In this document: positions 51,360 through 64,000 of the stretch, piece by piece | How the letters are laid out: each line of letters begins with the position of its first letter | How positions within the stretch are numbered: the first letter of the stretch is position 1 | DNA from: Scyliorhinus canicula | Lineage: Eukaryota | Direction of reading: 5' to 3' | Length of the DNA stretch: 64,000 nt | Assembly (NCBI RefSeq): GCF_902713615.1 | Contig: NC_052149.1 | Span: forward strand, 165,540,379 to 165,604,378 | Position numbers and translations under genes: made by a program | Notes under the pieces: generated by a model | The model's database searches: none | Told to the model about the DNA's origin: nothing | What the model saw: only the letters and a program-made list of their open reading frames with translations

Positions 51360-54300
51360 AAGGCCTTTTCAAAGTGGAGGTCGTGATCCATAGGTGGGTC
51401 GCAGACGGGTATTAAAAAAATTGTGGCGTTCCCCAAAGATTACCTGACATAAACTGCTTCTCGCTGCACCCATCAGCTAATACAGGCATTGAACTACAGT
51501 ATAATTAACAGTACAATCTCCGACCAGAAGAGGCAACTGTGAGGTCAGCGCACCCTGCATGTACACTTGGTACCAAGCACCCTGTTCATAAGTGCTTTTG
51601 ATTTGAATTGACTTGGAGGTGAGCTTCTTTTAGTTGTGAACAAGACAAGAGGACCGTGGACAGAGACCGTTTCATTACAAGAAAGAGGCGGCCAAAGACA
51701 CTAATAGGCAGTGCCTACTGGCCAGGATCTCTCATAAGAATCGAATGGAGCTGCTCTGGAGTGTCCACAACAGGACAAACCAATGCTAGTGTTAGCTCTG
51801 TACTGTGTACCAGAGCCTCCGGTGAACAGTCTACAAAGACACATAAAATCCGGAACAGAGCAGTAAAAGATGATTTCTTGAGGTATGGCTTTGTTAATTG
51901 TGCTAACACAATTCAGGATGCAAAGCCCATGTGTTATATGGAGGGAAATTCCGATGAATTAGTTTAAAACCCTCAAAACTGCAAAGGTACCTGAAGACTA
52001 AACATGGTGAGCTGGAGATTTTTTTTCAAAGGATGCAGCCATAACTGAAATCAGCTCAAGTTCTAAGCATAAATTTTACACTGAATGACAAAGCACAGTA
52101 TGACCTTTTACACAGCAGCACATCACATAGAGAAAATTCCCCACACTACTGCAGAGATTAATTCTCCTGCAGCATGAGACATAGATTGCATGGTCCTAGA
52201 TCAGAGGTCAGCTGAAAAACTGAAATGCATTCCGCTTACTGAGAACACAGTGGCTTGCCGAATTTGTGATATTGCTGGGAATTTAGAAATACCATTTATT
52301 TCTTGTTTAATGTTAGCGCAGAAGTTCTCACTACAATTGGATGAAAGTACAGATGTTTTCAGGTTGTGCAACCTTGCTAGTTTACGTTAGCGATATTTGG
52401 CACAATTATTTATTTAGAATTTGCTGTGCTGCCTGGCATTACCAACTAGCACGATTGCGCACAGATCTTTGAAGTATTGAATAGTTAAGTGGTTAGAAAG
52501 TGCGGGGTTGACAGTTAATTGCAGAGGAATCACAAGCGATGGGACAGCCACCTGGTCAGACAGGATATTGTTTGTAATCATTACTTTATCACTGCAAGGC
52601 ACTGGCACTAAAAGGAATTCCACCAGACCTTGAAGTGGTGTTGGAAGGAATTGTTCGGATATGAGAGCCAAACTCGCACATTTATTGTTCAACACAGGGC
52701 TACATTGGCTGTCAAGGGATTGGGTGCTTGGCAGAGTTTATGAACTGTGGTATGAAATCCATGCTTACCACCTGAGAAATAGTCTCCTCTGGCTGTTTTG
52801 TTTGGTGATGAAAGTTGATCTTTCTAGTTGGTCTATCTTGCTGACATCTTTTCAATTCGATACAAACCGAATCTCAAATTGCAAGGCTGGTTGCTTTCAT
52901 TACCGGCAATAAATAAGTGCTATCCAAAAGCCATTGAAAGCTTGGCAGGTGCAAGTAAAAAACCTAAACTACCACATGTTCCGCACACTGCTATGGCACA
53001 TTGAAGAAAAGTATTAGTAAGGGAACTGTCAATAGCCTGACAGGTCTTATTCAGTCACATCTGGATGCGCTGATCAACAGCTTTGCTTCTTCCCAGAGAA
53101 GTTTCAGATTTGGAAAAAGAGGTGGGTGAAAAATCCCTGAGTTTGAGACCCCAGTCAGTTATTAATATATAGCTAACTCCAAACGGGCAGACTGAACTGC
53201 TGCACCTGACCTGTGACAGCACGTCAAAAGTTGGGATAAATGGGTGTTTCTCTGGTTGGCAATCAGTAGCTAGTGGTGTCCCTCAGGGATCCGTGTTGGG
53301 CCCACAATTGTTCACAATTTACATTGACGATTTGGAGTTGGGGGACCAAGGGCAATGTGTCCAAGTTTGCAGATGACACTAAGATGAGTGGTAAAGCGAA
53401 AAGTGCAGAGGATACTGGAAGTCTGCAGAGGGATTTGGATAGGTTAAGTGAATGGGCTCGGGTCTGGCAGATGGAATACAATGTTGACAAATGTGAGGTT
53501 ATCCATTTTGGTAGGAATAACAGCAAACGGGATTATTATTTAAACGATAAAATATTAAAGCATGCCGCTGTTCAGAGAGACTTGGGTGTGCTAGTGCATG
53601 AGTCACAGAAGGTTGGTTTACAAGTGCAACAGGTGATTAAGAAGGCAAATGGAATTTTGTCCTTCATTGCTAGAGGGATGGAGTTTAAGACTAGGGAGGT
53701 TATGTTGCAACTGTATAAGGTGTTAGTGCGGCCACACCTGGAGTATTGTGTTCAGTTTTGGTCTCCTTACTTGAGAAAGGACGTACTGGCACTGGAGGGT
53801 GTGCAGAGGAGATTCACTAGGTTAATCCCAGAGCTGAAGGGGTTGGATTATGAGGAGAGGTTGAGTAGACTGGGACTGTACTCGTTGGAATTTAGAAGGA
53901 TGAGGGGGGATCTTATAGAAACATTTAAAATTATGAAGGGAATAGATAGGATAGATGCGGGCAGGTTGTTTCCACTGGCGGGTGACAGCAGAACTAGGGG
54001 GCATAGCCTCAAAATAAGGGGAAGTAGATTTAGGACTGAGTTTAGGAGGAACTTCTTCACCCAAAGGGTTGTGGATCTATGGAATTCCTTGCCCAGTGAA
54101 GCAGTTGAGGCTCCTTCATTACATGTTTTTAAGGTAAAGATAGATAGTTTTTTGAAGAATAAAGGGATTAAGGGTTATGGTGTTCGGGCCGGAAAGTGGA
54201 GCTGAGTCCACAAAAGATCAGCCATGATCTAATTGAATGGCGGAGCAGGCTCGAGGGGCCAGATGGCCTACTCCTGCTCCTAGTTCTTATGTTCTTATAA

Positions 54301-54631
54301 AACATGCCACAAGTCCATGGGGCTGTCAGCATTCTGGATTAGCACCTCCCAGGATTATCCAAAGCGGAGTAAAAAAAGCATTTTGTTGCTTTTGCCCGTC
54401 ACGATGACCTATATGTGCGAGGTGGGATTTTCCATTCCCACCGAAGTGAAGACTGTCTAATGGAGCCAACTGAAGTCTGCACCTTATGTGCATTGCCCTC
54501 TCATCCTGATTAATTGAGATTGAGAGGATCAAGCAGGCTCACCTGTCATATTAAAGTGAATGTGGCATGGGTCCCGAAGGTCAGTCAGTTGACAAAAATA
54601 GGTCCCGAGGAAAAAAAGTTGAAAAATACTG
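51360..54631 (+). mobile_element. hAT (Charlie/Buster-type) DNA transposon fossil in RPL26 intron 2
   Basis: 8-bp TSD ctttatat (51352-51359 and 54632-54639) with central TA, and degenerate TIRs. Transposase remnants FLRYGF, KPSKLQRYLKTKH, PLTENTVACRI, FSLQLDESTD, WLSR, and FW…DYP…TYMCEVGFS. Confidence 0.92.
53230..54298 (+). mobile_element. Young 5'-truncated CR1 inserted in the hAT transposase
   Basis: Long open RT C-terminus (KFADDTK…LEYCVQFWSPY…FFTQRVVDLWNSLP) and a (gttcttat)x2 tail. Confidence 0.95.
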
Positions 54632-56198
54632 CTTTATATAATCAACTCCCACTGTTCATGGAGGCTCTGTTGCCACAAATTCTCGTGAAGTGCGAAATCA
54701 CGAACATTGCAATTGTACATGTGCTGAGTAAGGAGAGTGCACTTTCTACTTGGGAAAGGTGAGAATTTAACATTATAAGTTGCAGATGAGAGAAGATTTG
54801 AGGCCACAAACTGCGATTACGTATACAATTTCATTCACATGGGTAAACCAATTTGTGACGGGTCGCAAATGACGAGAGTTGACTGCAAACACATAGTTAA
54901 TTGAGAAGAAACATTCACCGATCATTCACTGAGGCAGGCACAAATGGAACCTGAATTAAGAAAATATTAGGAGGCATAACTCAAAGCTTAGCCGAAGAGT
55001 TCACTTGTAAAGGGAGGTCAAAAGAGGACAGAGACGTATAGGGGTTTAGGGATAGAATTCTGGACCATATTGCCTAGTTGATTGAAGGCAGTTACCAATA
55101 GAGAAACAAAGGGAGTGGGAGAAGAGTCCAAAGAACACAGAGCTCTCACCAAATACTGTTATAAACTCCTGAGGTTAAGCGGAGACGGAGAACTAGCAAT
55201 GGAACAAAGCTCCAAAGTCACAGAAATGGGGCAGAAAATTACTGTTGACCGGACAAGGTAATGTTGAAAAAATGAAATGAAAATCGCTTATTGTTACGAG
55301 TAGGCTTCAATGAAGTTACTGTGAAAAGCCCCTAGTCGCCACATTCCGGCGCCTGTCCGGGGAGGCTGATACGGGAATCGAATCGTGCTGCTGGCCTGCT
55401 TTAAAAGCCAGCGATTTAGCCCAGTGAGCTAAATCAGCCCCTTGGCCAGGCCCCTGGCATTCTAAGCACTAGACTGCATGATACGACAGTTAAGACATGG
55501 GATTGCCAGGCATATTGCCATGGAAACAGCACAAATGGCCACCTGAACATCTGAGAAAGTCACAAAATCAGCCGTAGAGCACATGACAATGAAAGCCTTT
55601 ACAACTACTACCAATAAATACAAAAGGACACGAAAACTCAACCACAGCACTGCAATACAATTGCATTAAAAGCTTGTAAATGCTGGAAATATGAAATGGA
55701 TTCTGAACTATGTGTTTCATCTTTTCTCTCATAAGATGTGGTGTAACTGAATTCACAGGTCTGTCAGTATCAGCTCCACTGAATAAGATTTGAGAAAAAC
55801 AAAACCTATCTTTTCATTTGCTGTATTTTCACAGTAACGTCACTGCAGTGTTAATGTGTTAGTGTTAAGCCTACTTGTAACACTAATAAAAATTTCCAGC
55901 ATTGCCTGGTATTATCTCGACAATGGTTCCATGATCATCATCAGATTTTTAATTTCAGTTTCTTATTCAATTCAAATTTCACCATCTACAGTTGTGAGAT
56001 TTGAACCTGGGACCCCAGACCAATACTCTGGTTCTCTGGATTAATATGCCACCACCTCCCTAATCATGGCAGGTCAGTGTAAAGGGGAAAATATTACAAA
56101 CCAAACATAGTCAATACTTCAGACAGAAAGGCAGGGCAACATTGCAATTGGATGATTTGGTTCATTTCCAACTTCTCTTTTTATATTTTCATGCATTA

Positions 56199-56468
<270 letters not shown>

Positions 56469-56750
56469 TCACATATTAGGCGAAGTAAGGTGGGTTATGA
56501 TCCAAGCAGGAGCTCGGTAACACTGGGGTCTGCGAGTCTCCAGTCCCCCTCCTGCCTCTCGCGCCCGTTGTGTAGGCCCCACGGGCGTCTATATTTTACA
56601 TCAATCTCAGTCACCTCCCAACACGCAACTTAAAAATACTGCCTTGTCAGACTAGTGGACCGTTGTCCGGCTCGGGATGTGGGATCGATTTGTCACGATT
56701 AGATTGCGAAGTGCTCGGATGTTAATAGATATCACTGACAGAATCCTCAC

Positions 56751-56788
56751 CCTCCTGTTCTAGCTTCAATGGCCGCTGGTGAAAAGAG
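56751..56788 (-). other. RPL26: RPL26 non-coding exon 1 with 5'TOP tract
   Basis: Reverse complement reads (TT)CTCTTTTC-accagcggccattgaag…aggagg|GTGAGG: a polypyrimidine initiator, a YY1-like GCCAT and a donor. Confidence 0.85.
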
Positions 56789-56880
56789 AACGCACGCATG
56801 CGCAGTACCCCGATCGTTAGTGCTGAAATCGCGCGAGATTGCAGCAAGGCGAGACTTCCAGGTTCTTAAAGGGACAGTTC
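56789..56880 (-). promoter_or_regulatory. RPL26 promoter
   Basis: NRF1-type CGCATGCGCA at 56795-56804 and a TCTCGCG-type motif at about 56829-56839, CpG-rich and directly upstream of the TOP tract. Confidence 0.7.
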
Positions 56881-56929
56881 CCTCAAATGGCCTCTGGGGA
56901 AAGCTATGAGAGTGGTTACTCTCTGATTT

Positions 56930-57246
56930 CATAGAATTTACAGTGCAGGAGGCCATTCGGCCCATCGAGTCTGCACCGGCTCCTGGAAAGAGCACCCTAC
57001 CCAAGGTCAACACCTCCACCCTATCCCCATAACCCAGTAACCCCACCCAACACCAAGGACAATTTTGGACACTAAGGGCAATTTATCATGGCCAATCCAC
57101 GAGGAAACCGGAGCACCCGGAGGAAACCCATGCACACACGGGGAGGATGTGCAGACTCCGCACAGACAGTGACCCAAGCCGGAATCGAACCGGGGACCCT
57201 GGAGCTGTGAAGCAATTGTGCTAACCACTATGCTACCGTGCTGCCC
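56930..57246 (-). mobile_element. CR1-tailed SINE about 140 bp upstream of the RPL26 TSS
   Basis: Intact head with box B ggttcgattcc and tail …ctgcactgtaaattctatg. Confidence 0.9.
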
Positions 57247-57399
57247 CTGGACTGGGCATTTGTATTCTGGTCAAATTCCAGTTTCAAGCAAAATGTGTAA
57301 ATCCAAAATATAGACACGCAAAGTAACACTATTGTATATGGAAGTAATTAATTGTAGCAGAAGTGCTTCTGAATGTTTCTGAGGCAGTTTGTCACACAA

Positions 57400-58900
57400 A
57401 GAACATAAGTAGGAGCAGGGGCAGACCACACGACCCATCAGGCCTTTTTAAATGAATTCAAAGAGCGAACATCCACAACCCATGGCGTCTACCCTGTAAT
57501 AAAAAGAAAGTGCTGAATAAACTCAGCGGGTCTGGCATAATCTGTGGAGAGAAAGTTAACATTTTGAATTTGTATGACTTATTTATTTTAGAGACTATCC
57601 ACCCCATCGTTCCCCTTCAGAATGTTGTAGGTTTCAATGAGATCGCCTCTCATTCTTTTAAAATGGAGAGTATAAGCCAAATATACTCAGCTTCTCATTT
57701 AGGTCAACCCCCAAGGACCAATTTAGTGAACCTTTGCTTGCACCACCTCTAATGCAAGTATGTTCTTATACGGGGAGACCAAAATTGCACATGTGACTAG
57801 ATACGATCTCACTAAAAGCTTGTACGACTTTAGCAAGACTTTTTTATTCTTGGACTCAAATTCCATTGCAACAAAGGCCAACATGCCCTTGCCTTCCTAA
57901 TTGCTTACGTACTTGCATGTTAACTTTCTGCATTCCTTGTTTTAGCATGCCCAGTTTCTTTGATTATCAAGTCACAAGTTGCTCAACTTTTAAAAAGCTT
58001 TTGTATTCACGACCAAAGTGAATAACTTCACATCTCCTTATATTATACTTCAACTGCCAGCTTGTTGCCCACTCACCTAACCCATCTATATATTTTTGTG
58101 GCCTCTCCACATCCTCTCCACAACTTATTTCTGCTGGTTTGGTGTCATTAGCAAACTATACATTTCTTTCTGTCTCTTCATCTAAATCAGGGGTGGGCAA
58201 ACTTTTCCGTGCAAGGGCCACATTCAGAAATTCACAATTTTAAAGGGCCGCATAGTATATTAAGTAAAATAATTACTTCACCCGGTTATGATTCTGGGCG
58301 CCTCATATAGAACATAGAACAGTACAGCACAGAACAGGCCCTTCGGCCCTTGATGTTGTGCCGAGCAATGATCACCCTACTCAAGTCAACGTATCCACCC
58401 TATACCAGTAAGTAACCCAACAGCCCCCCCATTAACCGTACAATTAAAAAAATAAAAAAAAAAATTTTTTTTTTTAATGACTTGGTGGGCCGCATAAAGA
58501 CCTTAGGCGGGCCGCATGCGGCCCGCGGGCCGTAGTTTGCCCACCCCTGATCTAAATCATTAATATAGATTGTAAATAGACAAGGCCCCATCTCAGATCC
58601 TTGTTGAATTCCATTGTACTGCCTGCCAACTTGAAAAAGCCCCATCTCTGCCCACTCACAGTTTCCCATCCATTAACTCATTCTCTATCCATGCTATTAT
58701 ACCAACTCCACGAACCCTTATTTTGCCGATTAACCTTTTGACCGTATTCAAAGTTAAACTGACTGACTTGTAGTTAGTTGCTGGGCTTATCTTTACAAAC
58801 TTTTTGAACAAGGATGTAACATTTGCAATTCCCCAGTCCTCTGGGGCCACTCTGAGTCGAAGACTGAAAAATTATGGCCAATGTCTTTGCAATTTCTACT
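57400..58900 (-). mobile_element. Degraded CR1 interrupted by a hAT MITE
   Basis: PEDWGIANVTSLFKK and [18 protein letters not shown], which reads directly into the MITE. Confidence 0.8.
58188..58549. mobile_element. hAT (Charlie-type) MITE containing a SINE 3' fragment
   Basis: Perfect 16-bp TIR CAGGGGTGGGCAAACT and perfect 8-bp TSD atctaaat (58180-58187 and 58550-58557). Confidence 0.95.
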
Positions 58901-58959
58901 CTCACTTCCCTCAGTATTTAAGTTCAAATATGTTTTCAATTTTAAAACCACCTGGTGTC

Positions 58960-59370
58960 CGAGTTACCTGTCATATGAGGGACGGTTGAGAACTCTGGGT
59001 CTGTACTCGTTGGAATTTAGAAGGATGAAGGGGAGATCTTATTGAAACTTACAGGATACTGCGAGGCCTGGATAGAGTGGACATGGAGAGGATGTTTCCA
59101 CTTGTAGGAAAAACTAGAACCAGAGGACGCAATCTCAGACTAAAAGGACGATCCTTTAAAACAGAGATAAGGAATTTCTTCAGCCAAAGGGTGGTGAATC
59201 TGTGGAACTTTTTACAGCAGAAGGCTGTGGAGACCAAATTACTGAATGTCTTTAAGGGGATCAGGGGTTATCGGGAAAAGGGATGAGAAAAATATCAGCC
59301 ATGATTGAATTGTGGAACACACTCGATGGGCCGAGTGGCCTAATTTTGCTCATATTTCTCATGGTCTTGT
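58960..59370 (+). mobile_element. CR1 3' end, same family as 6787-9770
   Basis: Closely matches 9350-9770; NFFSQRVVNLWN. Confidence 0.88.
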
Positions 59371-59408
59371 TGCCTTTTCTGTGGATCTGCTCTAAATATG
59401 GCAGTCAG

Positions 59409-60234
59409 TGATGTTGCCCTCCTTTCATTGGATATCAATATTCTAATGCTCAGTCACCAGGTATCAAATGATACCACCACAAGGTTCAACTGGCTATCGA
59501 TCAAAGACCAGTTAGTTAGTTCAAGGTCAAGGGTACTTTATTTACACAGACAATTAGTCATGCAATATAAACACTACTAATTAAACTACACCTATCGACT
59601 AAGACAACCTGTACTTAACTTCAGGCCCCCAGCTTAGGTCAGAGGAACAGTGGCCGTTGTTCAATTCTGGATCCATCAAGTCTGTAGAAGTAACTGCTGC
59701 TCAGCTAGGCTCATCCGTCTGGTAGCGGGCGTTGAACTTGGACTTGCTTCTGGTGGTGCTGCGATTGGAGATGGTTGTTGCCGGGGCTACAGGTCCAAAA
59801 GAGGACAAACACATGGTGGACTCTCTTCTTATGCTTGAGGGTTTTCTCATCTTTTGGGCGCTCCTTCAGTTTGGACCCAACTAATTGTGTGATCCCAGAT
59901 CACTGTTCGACGATTCGAAACAATAAATGGGCAGGTGTCTGGATGGCTGGGCATGTCCCAAGCGGTAACTGACCCTGTTGTTTACGCTTCCCTAGAACAG
60001 GGAGTGGCGCCAAAATGTCTGGGACTGTACCGGTCACTCAAGTACCAGTCCTTTGGTGGAGATGGTCCATCAAATGCTAATCGGTTGGGGTTTCAATACT
60101 GTCTGCATTCCTTACTCCGCAAATATATATTTTCAGGCTCTGAGCCTGCCTGAATCTCGCATTGTCCATTTTACCCGCTATGCTTTCCGAGCTTCTCTGT
60201 TCCTGCTTGTAAGTGGCCATCCCAGATGGCTACA
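59409..60234 (-). mobile_element. Probable solo LTR
   Basis: TG…CA termini, minus-strand TATA-like and AATAAA motifs in LTR order; TSD not clean (gtcag/gtctt). Confidence 0.55.
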
Positions 60235-60314
60235 GTCTTTTCATGTACCGTGACCTAAGTAGCATATTCTTCCTTCGTAAAGTGTGGTCCCTAATCCTCT
60301 TTTTACCACCTTAT

Positions 60315-60538
60315 TACTTTTTTACTCATAAATTTAGAGGACCCAATTCCTTTTTACAATTAAGGGGCAATTTAGAGCAGCCAATCCACCTAACCTGCAC
60401 ATCTTTTTGGGTTGTGGGGGCGAAACCCACGCAAACATGGGAAGAATGTGCAAACTCCACATGGACAGTGACCCAGAGCTGGGATTGAACCTGGGACCTC
60501 AGCACCGTGAGGCAGCAATGCTAACCACCGTGCTGCCC
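60315..60538 (-). mobile_element. SINE, short A/T-tail subfamily
   Basis: Same core and tail; TSD ta(cca/tcg)ccttat. Confidence 0.88.
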
Positions 60539-60919
60539 TATCGCCTTATGTTTAAATGCCTGTGGAAGACTTTTGGATTCCTTTTTATGCTAGCTGCAAA
60601 TATACTTTCATACTCCCACTTTGCTTCTTCTTCTCTCTTCTGAACCTTTTATTTTTATAGCTTGGTGATAGCTTGGTTTTCAATTGTATTTACTACCCGA
60701 CACTTGTCATAAGCATACTTTTTCTTCTTCATTTCTATCTTTCAGCCAGGGAGCTCTGAATTTGTTTGCCCTTTCTGTCCTTTTCTAGTGAATATACTTT
60801 GCCTGTTGTTTGAAGGTAGCCAATTGGTCTTTCTTGCCAACGTTTCACTTCAATTTATTCAGCCAAAATCTGTTCTTACCCCATTGAAGTTGACTTTTTC
60901 CTCAGTTAATTTTTAAAAA

Positions 60920-61084
60920 CTCTGGCATCCTCTTTCCTTCTTGCGCTGTTGGTGTCTTTTGTATTCGGTGGGTTTTAGGTGGCTTTTTGGGCCTAAAACG
61001 CAAATAAATTCACTGTGTTGGGTCCAACTGGGTGGAGAGCAACCTGATTTGCATCCGCTCAGCACATCACTGCCACCGGAAGCC
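60920..61084 (-). mobile_element. Isolated L1 5' end fragment
   Basis: Reverse complement starts GCTTCCGGTGGCAGTGATG, nearly identical to the first 20 nt of the L1 ending at 27452. Confidence 0.55.
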
Positions 61085-61616
61085 CGCAATGGAATAACCG
61101 TCAGGAAAGAATGAACAAGTTGTCGCCCTTTTCTCCAAAAAAGAGGTGACCCAATCTAGAACTATAAAATTCTTAAAGGATTTGCTAGGGTAGGTGAAGA
61201 GAAAATGTTTGCACTTGAGGGAATCCAAAATCAGGGACAATAGACTCCAATAAATCCAATAAGACATTTACTGTAACCATAGACTAAAAGCATTACTGAT
61301 TAAATGCTACCTTTATGGGCAACTGATATTTAAACTAAAACACACTCCACAGGTATCCCCGAAGCCATTCAAATCTCCCTTTAAACAAACTATTCGTTAC
61401 CCTGGAAGGTTTTACTTCTGCTCTTTTTCTTTCTCAGCCTGATAACTTCTAATTCCAAGCTGTTCCCCACAGCGATCCACCCTCTAGCACAAGCTGGGAG
61501 AATCTTCCAGCTGTGCTTTAACTCCAGAATTTGGTCCTTTCAATCGGATTCTGAGCTTCAACCTGCAGTCAGGCACCTCATTGCTCTCTCTGATCCCTGT
61601 AGATTTTTTAGGACTG

Positions 61617-62246
61617 CAGCGGGATTCTTCACAATCAGCGCAAACCACTCTGGCGTTGGGCTGTCCGGAAGTAGCGGAATTCTCCGCATTTCTGGGGGCT
61701 GGGTAGATGCCGGAGGGGTTGGTGCCATGCCAGCCAGTGCCAAAGGGACTGCACGTGTCCGCGCATGCGCCAAAGGGCCCGCGTGATCCTGCGCATGCAC
61801 GGAACTGCCGGCGTATTCTGGCGGATGCGCGGGGGGGGGTTGTATTCTCCATGCCGGCCATGCCGGAGCTCTACGTGGGCCAGTGCAGAAGGAAGAAGAG
61901 CCCCCACGGCACAGGCCCGCCCACAGATCGGTGGGCCCCGATCGCGGGCCAGGAAACCGGGGTTGGATGCCCTGACGCACCCCCCCCGCCCGCCGCCGCC
62001 GCCAAAGACTGCACCAGCTGACTTACCTGCCAGGTCCTGACACTTGGGACCATGTCTAAACCACACTGGTGGGACTGGCCAGAAACCAGCTGGTCAGCCC
62101 ATTGGGGCCCGGAGAATTGCCGGGGAGCCGCTGCCAACGGCCCCCGACCGGTGTGACAGAGAATACGGCAGCCGACGTCAGGGCGGGATTTTTACCACCC
62201 CCGGGGATTCTCCAACCTGGGCTGGGGGGGTCGGAAAATCCCGCCC
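61617..62246. mobile_element. GC-rich MITE, probably PIF/Harbinger
   Basis: Termini cagcgggattcttc and gaaaatcccgccc (imperfect TIR), flanked by ctg on both sides (3-bp TSD); CpG-rich. Confidence 0.65.
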
Positions 62247-62619
62247 CTGATCTTTACAAGTTTCCTCTATACCCTGGCAGCATGCATCACATGCTGGACA
62301 TCTTATCCAGGTTGCAATGCTGTTTAGCTATCCTAGAGAGCCTCATCGCACTATAGAACTAAATGGGTAGTTTAAAGCACCATTTACAGCCAGGCATTCT
62401 CACTTTTGTGGAACTAGGAGGCGGTCTGTCCACTGGCATCATAGCTGCTGTAACCATTTCTTGCCAGTGTGAATACTTTGCACATTTTCACTATTAAAGC
62501 AATCTAGAGCTTCCTCTAATCTTTAACAGCACCATCACCCAGACTGGATGTCAGGCATACTTCAGCTCGTGATTCCCTCATTTCACCCTCCAGACAACCT
62601 GAGTCTTATTTTATTAGCT

Positions 62620-62830
62620 ATGGTGTGGAGATGCCAGTGTTGGACTGGGGTGAGTACAGCAAGAAGTCTTACACCACCAGTTTAAAGTCCAACAGGTTTG
62701 TTTCAAACACTAGCTTTTAGAGCACAGCTACAAAGTCAAAGATGCAAGACAATACTTTGAATGCAAGTCTTTGCAGGTAATGAAGTCTTTACAGGTCCAG
62801 ATGGAGCAATTGGAGAGGGAGGGATAATCA
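62620..62830 (-). mobile_element. Probable Penelope-like fragment of a different family
   Basis: Minus strand …gtgctctaaaagctagtgtttgaaacaaacctgttggacttt…; assignment from recalled resemblance only. Confidence 0.45.
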
Positions 62831-64000
62831 GTTATTTTATTAGTGTCACATGTAAGCTTACATTAACACTGCAATGAATTTATTGTGAAAACTCCCTAGT
62901 CGCCACACTCCAGCACCTGTTTGGGTACACAGCGGGAGAATTCACGTAACAAGTACGTCTTTTGGGACTTATGGGAGGAAACCGGAGCACCTGGAAGAAA
63001 CCCTAACCAAGAATCGAACCTGGCGCTATGAAGCAACAGTGATAACCACTGTGCTACCATGCCACCCTCATAAATTTCATCTGTAACAATAGAGTATGTG
63101 AGACTGCCACATGAAATGGTTGAACCAAATAGATGTCCTTAGTTTCTCTGCTGTTTGGCCCACCTTTTATTCTCTCTGGGGACTGCCATTAGCACTCTTT
63201 TCCCCCTGGGCCTTTCAGTTTCCAGCATCCGCAGTAATTTGCTTTTACCTCCATGTTTGCCATGACTAGACCAAAATAAAGAAATCTGCACTTAAATTTA
63301 GATAAAATCTGCAAAGTTAAAAGATATTTTACTTGAAAAATTGCTAGTTGACTCCATATGCAAAAAGTGCACAAAAGCATAATAACCAGTCCAATAGAAA
63401 AGACTAATTGCCTATTAAGTTGCTTCCAAGACAATTAGCTTACTGCATTCAGCATATGCTCCAGGGGAGGGCACTAATTTAGGGAAAATTCCCTGCCCAA
63501 CAAAAATTTAAACTAAAGCTAGATTATGGTAACCCATAAATCCTTCCACTCTTAGTAATTTATCCTCCTTTCAGTAAGAGTTTGAATTATGTAGGACTAC
63601 ACAGTAAAATGTTACAAAGCACTGGACAAACTTTGATATTGAGCAGAGAGGATATAATAGCACAATTGACTAAACAGTGGTTTTAAACAGCATCTTGCAG
63701 AAAAATTGAGGGAAAAGCATAAGGGTACAAAAAGGCCAGAGTTGGAGGAATCATGAATCGTGCTGCTGGCCTGCCTTCAAAGCCAGCGATTTAGCCCTGT
63801 GCTAAACAGCCCCTGCAGAAGCAGGGTGAACGTGCAGACTCTGCCCAGGCAGTGACCCAAGCCAGTAAGTGAACCTGGTGCTGTGAAGAAACAAAACAGT
63901 CTAACCACTGTCCCACCCAATAACTTTGAGAAAAGAAATAGAACATCTAACCTTTCGCCAGCCCTCCCATCCATTGTGTGGGTCTGACAATTAAAGGAAA

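Noticed and set aside
53273-54205. 310-aa ORF as a host gene
   Set aside because: It is the RT C-terminus of a 5'-truncated CR1 with its own tail.
61484-62356. Overlapping 70-140-aa ORFs and apparent CpG-island promoter
   Set aside because: Explained by the GC-rich MITE; no protein motifs or splice structure.

Overview
Eukaryotic, repeat-rich vertebrate genomic DNA. The repeat complement (tRNA-headed HE1/V-SINE-like SINEs, abundant CR1, L1, Penelope) points to a cartilaginous fish, most likely a shark; this is an inference. Two housekeeping genes lie in tandem on the minus strand. The first is a complete 4-exon ribosomal protein uL24 gene (RPL26/RPL26L1, 145 aa, 5'TOP start, about 35.0-56.8 kb). 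The second is exons 1-2 of V-ATPase subunit e (ATP6V0E1, ATG at 16074), whose remaining exons I could not find and which presumably lie left of the window. This order matches the human RPL26L1-ATP6V0E1 arrangement. Between them, on the plus strand, is an unrecognised non-TE ORF of about 339 aa (31592-32611) behind a splice acceptor, the best candidate for an undescribed gene. The rest is transposable-element DNA: two full-length L1s with 16-bp TSDs (one nearly intact), an internally deleted L1 carrying a copy of its own flank, nested CR1s, a Charlie/Buster hAT fossil, three MITE types (one with a 69-bp-arm hairpin), solo LTRs, Penelope remnants with decayed hammerhead motifs, and many SINEs. 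One SINE subfamily bears L1-type insertion signatures. Repeat boundaries were read by eye and are approximate unless a TSD or TIR is quoted. No CRISPR array, rRNA or true tRNA gene was seen.
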